From: a virus
Length of the DNA stretch: 64,000 nt
Reading direction: 5' to 3' (one strand)
IMG/VR virus record: IMGVR_UViG_3300029448_008324
Location: 1 to 64,000 of that record
The position numbers and the translations under genes are program-made. This document shows positions 58,216 through 64,000 of this stretch, piece after piece (the first letter of the stretch is position 1; every line of letters begins with the position of its first letter). The notes beneath the pieces are model-generated. The model saw only the letters and a list, made by a program, of their open reading frames with translations. It did no database searches and was not told the DNA's origin.

Positions 58216-59331
58216 ATGTTTTTTTCTTTATCACAAAAACAAGAGCATAATTTTCCTTTTCATTATGAATTGCCTAACGGTCTTGTGCTGAGCACAGATG
58301 ACGGCTGGCGTGTATTCAACATCAAAAATTTTAAAATAATATTCAAAGGCTATGCCAACAATTTACCTTGTCATAAACTAGTAGAGCAATTGCTGGATAA
58401 TACCCAACCGCATGCAAAAGGTAATTTTTGTGCATTTATTTCAGACTCCAACAGCACAAGATTGTTGCATGACACAGACAGAAGTTTTCCATTATGGGTC
58501 AATCAAAATACAATAACAAATCTACAACATTTAGATGAACAGATATGGGCCGACTGTGTGTTGACTGTAGACAACCATTTTAAAATTACAAAAGATCATT
58601 ATAATTGTTATGCCAAAAATACTAACAACTTTTCAGATGACAAAATAGTGGATCAAATACATCATACTATTCTTGAAACATACGAACAGTTTTTAACACA
58701 CAATACTAAACCATTAAAAATATTTTTAACTGGCGGGTTGGACACCATAACCAGTTGGGCATATCTTGATCACTTTACAAAAAACTATGAGATTGTTGAT
58801 TATGAATATATGAAGTATACAGATTTTTATAAAAAAAATTCAACATTAGTAAGAAAACATTGGGGCTATCTACAAATACATCTGTGGGATCAAGATTGTG
58901 TGTTAGTGTCTGGCGCTAATGGCGATGAAAATTTTTTAAGAGGCCCTTACACACTCGCAATGATGTTGAAAAAACATGGCATCGAATTTAAAGACATATT
59001 ACAAAAAGATGACTATCATTACACTTACTTGATCAAAAAAGATATCAGCAACAATGTAAACGATTGGTATGCACAGACTAATGATGTAGTAGATTGGATT
59101 TTAAATAGGAATATTAATGATCATCAACATTGGCATCTTGATAATACTATTACATTCACTCCATTCAAAGACATCAGTATACTTGCGTCCGTTTTAACCT
59201 TGGGCAAGGATATGTTAATCAAACAAGCTAGACGTGGTGAAGTTAATAGGCAACTGATTACAAAATTAGATGCCAACAAATTGGTGAAAATTAGTAAACA
59301 AAAGAACTATAATCCTATGGAGCATGTATGA
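58216..59331 (+). CDS. Asparagine-synthetase-like (PP-loop) protein
   Basis: GNFCAF..D, FLTGGLDT (SGGLDS-like) and G.NGDE motifs; start at MFFSLS. Confidence 0.6.
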   Translation: MFFSLSQKQEHNFPFHYELPNGLVLSTDDGWRVFNIKNFKIIFKGYANNLPCHKLVEQLLDNTQPHAKGNFCAFISDSNSTRLLHDTDRSFPLWVNQNTITNLQHLDEQIWADCVLTVDNHFKITKDHYNCYAKNTNNFSDDKIVDQIHHTILETYEQFLTHNTKPLKIFLTGGLDTITSWAYLDHFTKNYEIVDYEYMKYTDFYKKNSTLVRKHWGYLQIHLWDQDCVLVSGANGDENFLRGPYTLAMMLKKHGIEFKDILQKDDYHYTYLIKKDISNNVNDWYAQTNDVVDWILNRNINDHQHWHLDNTITFTPFKDISILASVLTLGKDMLIKQARRGEVNRQLITKLDANKLVKISKQKNYNPMEHV

Positions 59332-60443
59332 AGTGTAAATTTTTAGAACATGGTGTTGTGCTCCAATATGAAAAATCAGTTAAGCCTTGTTGTGTATGGA
59401 AGACCGATGATTGGCATCATCCTATAGCAAACACTGACTTAACCAAATGGTTTGATTTGCCACAACTAGAGCAAGCAAGAAATAAACTAGCACAAGGCAT
59501 TTGGCCAAAAAATTGTTCTAAATGCGAACGACAAGAATCATCAGGCAGAGGCGACAGCATGAGGTTAAATGGTAAAAGTGCATATGGTGATTATAGCAAT
59601 GATGAAATTACACTAGAAATAAGACCAGGTAATACTTGTAATTTTTCCTGTCAAAGTTGTTGGCCTGAAGCAAGTAGTCGTGTGGCAAGTCATCATCGAC
59701 AAGCATTTGGGATTGGAAATGTTGTTAGTGAACGTTATACTGATTACAGCATTTTAGACTCTGTTGCTCATCGCATCCGAGACATTGTGGTGTTGGGCGG
59801 TGAACCGTTTTATGACAAAAGTTGTTTGAAGTTTTTTGAATGGCTACAAGAAAAAAATTTAGACGCAGGTTTACTAGTTTTTACAAATGCAAGTATGATC
59901 GACTTTGACTTTGTCGAATCATATCAAGGAAAACTGACCATGCATGTAAGTTTGGATGCATTTGGGCGAGTGGCTGAATACGTCAGACAAGGCACAGAAT
60001 GGGACACTGTAAAAAGAAATTATGACAGATTAATGGACACACCCAACGTGGATGTTAGGGTAAACATCACAGCAAGTGTTTACAACTATCCTTTTATATC
60101 AGAACTTGTTGAATGGCTGGCACAGGATTGGCCTGGCATTGTAACTTTTGGCACAGCGTTCCAGCCATATCTACAAGAATCTGTTGTGCCCAAACACCTT
60201 GTAGAAAAAATTGCCCAAGACCTTGAACGCACAACAAAAATCATATGGCAATCAAAGATTCCAGAGCATCAACAACACAATGCATCAAATGCCTTGCAAG
60301 ACATTGCCAACAAACTGCTGACCAAAGAGTTTGATGCCACACTGCATGACCAATTTGTCAATCATTGCACAAAGTTGGATGAGGTTAAGAATTTGTATGG
60401 TGAAGATTATGATGAATATTTTGCACGGGTAAAAATAAAATGA
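59328..60443 (+). CDS. Radical SAM protein with N-terminal twitch-like Cys cluster
   Basis: PCC...CSKC, CNFSCQSC, LGGEPF and SLDA motifs. Confidence 0.85.
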   Translation: MKCKFLEHGVVLQYEKSVKPCCVWKTDDWHHPIANTDLTKWFDLPQLEQARNKLAQGIWPKNCSKCERQESSGRGDSMRLNGKSAYGDYSNDEITLEIRPGNTCNFSCQSCWPEASSRVASHHRQAFGIGNVVSERYTDYSILDSVAHRIRDIVVLGGEPFYDKSCLKFFEWLQEKNLDAGLLVFTNASMIDFDFVESYQGKLTMHVSLDAFGRVAEYVRQGTEWDTVKRNYDRLMDTPNVDVRVNITASVYNYPFISELVEWLAQDWPGIVTFGTAFQPYLQESVVPKHLVEKIAQDLERTTKIIWQSKIPEHQQHNASNALQDIANKLLTKEFDATLHDQFVNHCTKLDEVKNLYGEDYDEYFARVKIK

Positions 60444-60718
60444 ACGCAATAGCAAAATTTTGGAAGGAGTCTTACACTTCTAATCCATTGGCATTTTACA
60501 TCGAGGCAGTATCAGCTGTGTCTGTGATCATTGGATCAGCAATCCTAACATACACAGTGTTAGACCCAAGACCTGATATATTTGTGCCTTTTTACTTTGT
60601 GGGCAGTTCAACAGGACTATGGGGTGCTGTGCTTAGAAAAACAGCATGGATTGTTGTATTGACTGCTTGGTTTACAACTATGAACACAATTGCACTGTAT
60701 CAATTGTTTTTAACTTAG
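60440..60718 (+). CDS. Small membrane protein (about 3 TM)
   Basis: Hydrophobic 92-aa ORF whose stop abuts tRNA-Ser. Confidence 0.6.
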   Translation: MNAIAKFWKESYTSNPLAFYIEAVSAVSVIIGSAILTYTVLDPRPDIFVPFYFVGSSTGLWGAVLRKTAWIVVLTAWFTTMNTIALYQLFLT

Positions 60719-60807
60719 GAGGGATGGCAGAGTGGTTGATTGCACTGGTCTTGAAAACCAGCATAGGCGCAAGTCTATCGAGAGTTCGAATCTCTCTCCC
60801 TCCGCCA
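60718..60807 (+). tRNA. tRNA-Ser(UGA)
   Basis: 90 nt, long variable arm, loop CT-TGA-AA, G73 discriminator, CCA. Confidence 0.95.
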
Positions 60808-60808
60808 C

Positions 60809-61072
60809 ATGACCAGTCAGACTCCGCATACTGAAAAAGATTTTGATAGTCAATACAAATGGAAAATTTACATACCCACAACCAAAGGTTGGCCACAAGG
60901 CATGAGTAAAGCATTCAAGATTAAATCACAGTATGATGCATGGCTGTCAGAAAACAACATCAAAGGCATATCATTTTACAATATGCTATACTTGACACGT
61001 GACCAAGATGTTGTATACTTTAAGTTGAGTTGGCCTGGCGAACAAGAATACAATGTGGTGCAACTGAGATAG
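60809..61072 (+). CDS. Hypothetical protein (87 aa)
   Basis: ORF between tRNA-Ser and the tRNA fragment; DVVYFKLSW. Confidence 0.5.
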   Translation: MTSQTPHTEKDFDSQYKWKIYIPTTKGWPQGMSKAFKIKSQYDAWLSENNIKGISFYNMLYLTRDQDVVYFKLSWPGEQEYNVVQLR

Positions 61073-61083
61073 TGTCTACTTTT

Positions 61084-61111
61084 ACGGGTTCGATTCCCGT
61101 AGGGGATGCCA
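61084..61111 (+). pseudogene. Isolated 3' tRNA fragment (Glu-like T-arm, acceptor 3' strand and CCA)
   Basis: ACGGG-TTCGATT-CCCGT-AGGGGAT-G-CCA; no complementary 5' acceptor strand upstream. Confidence 0.7.
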
Positions 61112-61132
61112 AATTTAATTTTAAATATCTTT

Positions 61133-61663
61133 GTGAAAATCCATACTGTTACTGATATATCGCAACTGGCAGATCACAACATTCATGTGTTTGATCCGTT
61201 GTTGTTCAAAGATTCAAGAGGACAAATAACTGTGAGAGCTGAAGACACCATTTCTAAAGATTTTCCTTACAGCAATTACTTTTCTTACAAATTATCCACT
61301 TCAGAAGCTGGTGTAGCAAGGGGCTTACATTGGCAACGCACAACCACTCCAATCATCAAATACATAGATCTACGCAAAGGCAGTCTTTACACAGTGCTTG
61401 TTGATACACGTACTGAAGAAGGAATAATTTTCAAATGGACCTCAGATATTGGCAAAATAATTAAAGTGTCTGAACATCATGCACATGGATTTTACTGCAC
61501 ACAAGATACAGAATTCAGTTATATCTGCAAGGGCAAATACGATCCTCAAGAAGAAACAACATTCAATGTATTTCCATCTATTTGCAGACAAATAAAATTG
61601 CCCGAACCATTGCTTTCACACAAAGATGCTGGTTATCCAGAAATTGAAGTTCAACTAAGATAG
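61133..61663 (+). CDS. rmlC: dTDP-4-dehydrorhamnose 3,5-epimerase-like cupin
   Basis: FKDSRG, RGLHWQ, VLVDTR, HAHGF and LSHKD motifs; GTG start 5 nt after TAAATA. Confidence 0.75.
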   Translation: MKIHTVTDISQLADHNIHVFDPLLFKDSRGQITVRAEDTISKDFPYSNYFSYKLSTSEAGVARGLHWQRTTTPIIKYIDLRKGSLYTVLVDTRTEEGIIFKWTSDIGKIIKVSEHHAHGFYCTQDTEFSYICKGKYDPQEETTFNVFPSICRQIKLPEPLLSHKDAGYPEIEVQLR

Positions 61664-62656
61664 ATACTTGCCGCAATAATGCACGCACTTAGGCATTGGT
61701 TTGTGTTTGAGACTTTGAGGCAGTGTATCAACATAGAACTGGCTATTAAATATTTCCTCCACATTGTGATAGTTCAAATTGATTGATCTTGCACCTCCTT
61801 TTTTCAACAAATGAAAAAGATTTTTAGTGTTAAAAGTGTTGTTCCACCAATCTTGACTAAGCATACAGCAAGGAATAATGTTGCCATCATAGTCCATGTA
61901 TACTTCATTGTTTTCATGTTTTGGACACGTGATAGGAAGTTTTAATTTTTTTCCTTTGTCAGATATGTCCTGTGATAAATTTGTGTGATCGCTTTCAAGT
62001 TTTTCACCTGCTTGTTCCAACACCACAGTGGATGGTTTCAAATCAAACTTGTAGACACCTTTGTTATAAACCGGCCAAGAACTGCCATGATACCAACTGC
62101 GATCACTTTGCACAGGCCAAAACTTTTCAAACCCCATCTGTTGCGACAGTGTTCTAACTTGATCAAGTTGATGCTGATTATGTTCAAACACAATAAATTT
62201 CCATGTGGCCCGTCCACCTGCAGAAATGAATGCTTGGGCATTTGCCATTATCTTATCGAAATTCGTGTTTTGTCTATACATGTGATTTGTGTCTTTTAAT
62301 CCGTCTACACTGAAAACCATAGAGAAATTTTTAAGGCCTGCAAGTGATTCAAAAAATTTAGGATTCCTTACACTTGCATTGGTAAAAAAAGTTACATTTT
62401 CTACCCATTCAAATGATCGTGCAATTTCCAATGCATCTGGATGATTGAGCACGTCACCTGTGTCACCTTCAAATATCACTTCTTTGAGATTGGGCATTGT
62501 GTCTTGGTTAATTTTTTTCATCACATCCAATGACAAATGTTTGGGTCTGACAATCACATTATTTTTTTCATCAAAACGATTGCATTGAGGACAACGAGCA
62601 TTGCAAAAACTGGTCACTTCGATTGTAATAATTTCGATTGTTTTAGCATCATACAT
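61655..62656 (-). CDS. Radical SAM protein with C-terminal SPASM/twitch (paralogue of 56542)
   Basis: CNARCPQC, FSVDGLKDTNHMYR, WKFIVF.HN.HQ, IPCC and CVHYC motifs. Confidence 0.85.
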   Translation of the reverse strand: MYDAKTIEIITIEVTSFCNARCPQCNRFDEKNNVIVRPKHLSLDVMKKINQDTMPNLKEVIFEGDTGDVLNHPDALEIARSFEWVENVTFFTNASVRNPKFFESLAGLKNFSMVFSVDGLKDTNHMYRQNTNFDKIMANAQAFISAGGRATWKFIVFEHNQHQLDQVRTLSQQMGFEKFWPVQSDRSWYHGSSWPVYNKGVYKFDLKPSTVVLEQAGEKLESDHTNLSQDISDKGKKLKLPITCPKHENNEVYMDYDGNIIPCCMLSQDWWNNTFNTKNLFHLLKKGGARSINLNYHNVEEIFNSQFYVDTLPQSLKHKPMPKCVHYCGKYLS

Positions 62657-62672
62657 GTATTATAATTATAAA

Positions 62673-62747
62673 GCGGCGGTGCTGGAATGGTTAGACAGGC
62701 ACAACTTAATTGTGATTTTGTGAGTTCGAGTCTCACCCACCGTACCA
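62673..62747 (+). pseudogene. Degenerate tRNA-Leu(UAA)-like RNA
   Basis: Leu-type D arm TGCTGGAATGGTTAGACAGG, intact T arm and ACCA, but 5-nt anticodon loop CTTAA and no long variable arm. Confidence 0.65.
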
Positions 62748-62795
62748 TTAATCCTAGTTGGGGGGTGTACTAGGCGCCCCCTGATAATTAGAAAG

Positions 62796-63359
62796 ATGAC
62801 AGAACAAAAATATATTCTCACAGACATCGACGGAGTTTGCTTAGATTGGCAAAAACAATTTGAAAAATTTTTAGAATTTTACTACCCTGACAAAGATCCA
62901 ACATCAGATCCAACAGCAAGACATGTCACATTAGAAAAAGAAATGGAAGAGTTTATAGTATCTGCTTGGCAAGGTTGGTGTGAACCATTGAGAGATGCTG
63001 TTGACATACTGACAAAATTTAAAAAACAAGGCTATCAGGTGCATGGATGCACAGCAATGGGATTCGATCCATATGCAATTTCACTGAGAAAAATAAATCT
63101 TGAAAGACATTTCCCCAACGTGTTTGACAAATTAGACACCACGTTGGGAGGCCCAGGCCCACAGAAAGAAGCCTGGCTAGAACAGTATCGAGGCAAAGAC
63201 TGTGTATGGGTTGAAGACAAATGGGAAAATGCACTGAGTGGTGCCAACATGGGCATTAAAACTTTTTTGATGAAACAACACTACAACGCACACAACAATG
63301 ATGACAGAATAACCAAGGTTGACAATTGGCAACAGATATATTATTATATTAACAAATGA
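62796..63359 (+). CDS. HAD-family 5'-nucleotidase-like protein
   Basis: LTDIDGVCLDW, WVEDK..N and HYN motifs. Confidence 0.8.
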   Translation: MTEQKYILTDIDGVCLDWQKQFEKFLEFYYPDKDPTSDPTARHVTLEKEMEEFIVSAWQGWCEPLRDAVDILTKFKKQGYQVHGCTAMGFDPYAISLRKINLERHFPNVFDKLDTTLGGPGPQKEAWLEQYRGKDCVWVEDKWENALSGANMGIKTFLMKQHYNAHNNDDRITKVDNWQQIYYYINK

Positions 63360-64000
63360 CGCAAATGAAAGTATTCGTTGGCTGGGATTCAAGAGAGGAC
63401 ATTGCCTTTCAAGTGGCCAAACATTCAATACAAAAACACAATCCCGATGTTGAAGTATATCCACTAAAATTACCAACACTGCAAGAACTTGGAATATACA
63501 CAAGAGGTGTTGATGCCAAAGCATCTACTGAATTTACATTCTCTAGATTTTTTGTGCCCATGCTGACTGGATACAAAGGTTGGGCATTGTTCATTGACTG
63601 TGACTTTCTTTGCAGAGCAGACATAAAAGAATTATTCAATCAAGCCAATGACAACTATGCAGTAATGGTTGCAAAGCATGATTATACTCCTAAAGAAGGA
63701 ACCAAAATGGATGGCAAACAACAATTACAATATCCAAGAAAAAATTGGTCATCTTGCATGTTGTGGAACTGTGAACATCCTGCAAACAAACTGCTTGATG
63801 CAAATTCCATGAACACTAATGATGGACTATGGCATCATAGATTTGTTTGGTTGGCTGATCATGAGATAGGCGAAATATCACATGAATGGAACTGGCTTAC
63901 TGATTGGTACACTGCCCCTGAAGACGGTGAACCAAAAATGCTTCACTACACAGAAGGTGGTCCATGGTTTGAACATCTACAGGATGTGCCATATGCACAG
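63356..64000 (+). CDS. Glycosyltransferase (GT8/GT-A-like), truncated by the window edge
   Basis: KVFVGWDSRE, STEFTFSRF, FIDCDFL (DxD), YPRKNWSS and HYTEGGPWF motifs; missed by the ORF track because no stop lies in the window. Confidence 0.85.
   Translation, partial: MTQMKVFVGWDSREDIAFQVAKHSIQKHNPDVEVYPLKLPTLQELGIYTRGVDAKASTEFTFSRFFVPMLTGYKGWALFIDCDFLCRADIKELFNQANDNYAVMVAKHDYTPKEGTKMDGKQQLQYPRKNWSSCMLWNCEHPANKLLDANSMNTNDGLWHHRFVWLADHEIGEISHEWNWLTDWYTAPEDGEPKMLHYTEGGPWFEHLQDVPYAQ

Noticed and set aside
60646-60914. ORFs spanning tRNA-Ser
   Set aside because: Spurious translations of the tRNA gene.
62704-62710. Ochre suppressor reading (7-nt loop ACTTAAT, anticodon UUA)
   Set aside because: It needs a shortened stem and lacks U33. 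TAA is the main stop codon, and core genes are intact in the standard code.
62748-62790. tRNA-associated HDV-like (theta) ribozyme
   Set aside because: No G at the tRNA 3' junction, and too few elements for the nested double pseudoknot.

Overview
A 64 kb segment of a large, AT-rich T4-like (contractile-tailed) dsDNA phage. The accessory genes suggest a marine alphaproteobacterial host; this is inference. The core includes late sigma (gp55-like), gp46/47, tape measure, portal, prohead protease, scaffold, major capsid, two long repeat-rich fibre proteins, neck gp13/14/15, sheath, tube, gp4, terminase, SSB, UvsX and UvsY. Accessory genes are interleaved: a TctA/TctC transporter, an NCS2 purine permease, an amidinotransferase, an aminoacyl-tRNA-protein-transferase-like gene, five radical SAM enzymes, ferredoxin, RmlC, glycosyltransferases, three intact tRNAs and two tRNA relics. 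The strongest signals missed by the ORF track are: (1) a start-less gp51-like ORF that begins exactly at a T TTT TTC slippery heptamer near the end of the gp26-like gene, next to the tape measure gene, suggesting a lambda G/GT-style -1 frameshift; (2) a ~400 nt non-coding multi-stem element at 12.2-12.6 kb with strand-specific G-U pairs and GAA mini-hairpins; (3) pervasive apparently leaderless late and early transcripts; (4) a tRNA-Leu-like RNA with a 5-nt anticodon loop and no variable arm; (5) a D-S-[S/T] motif repeated through virion proteins in a genome rich in sugar and radical modifying enzymes. All family calls come from motif recognition, with no database searches.
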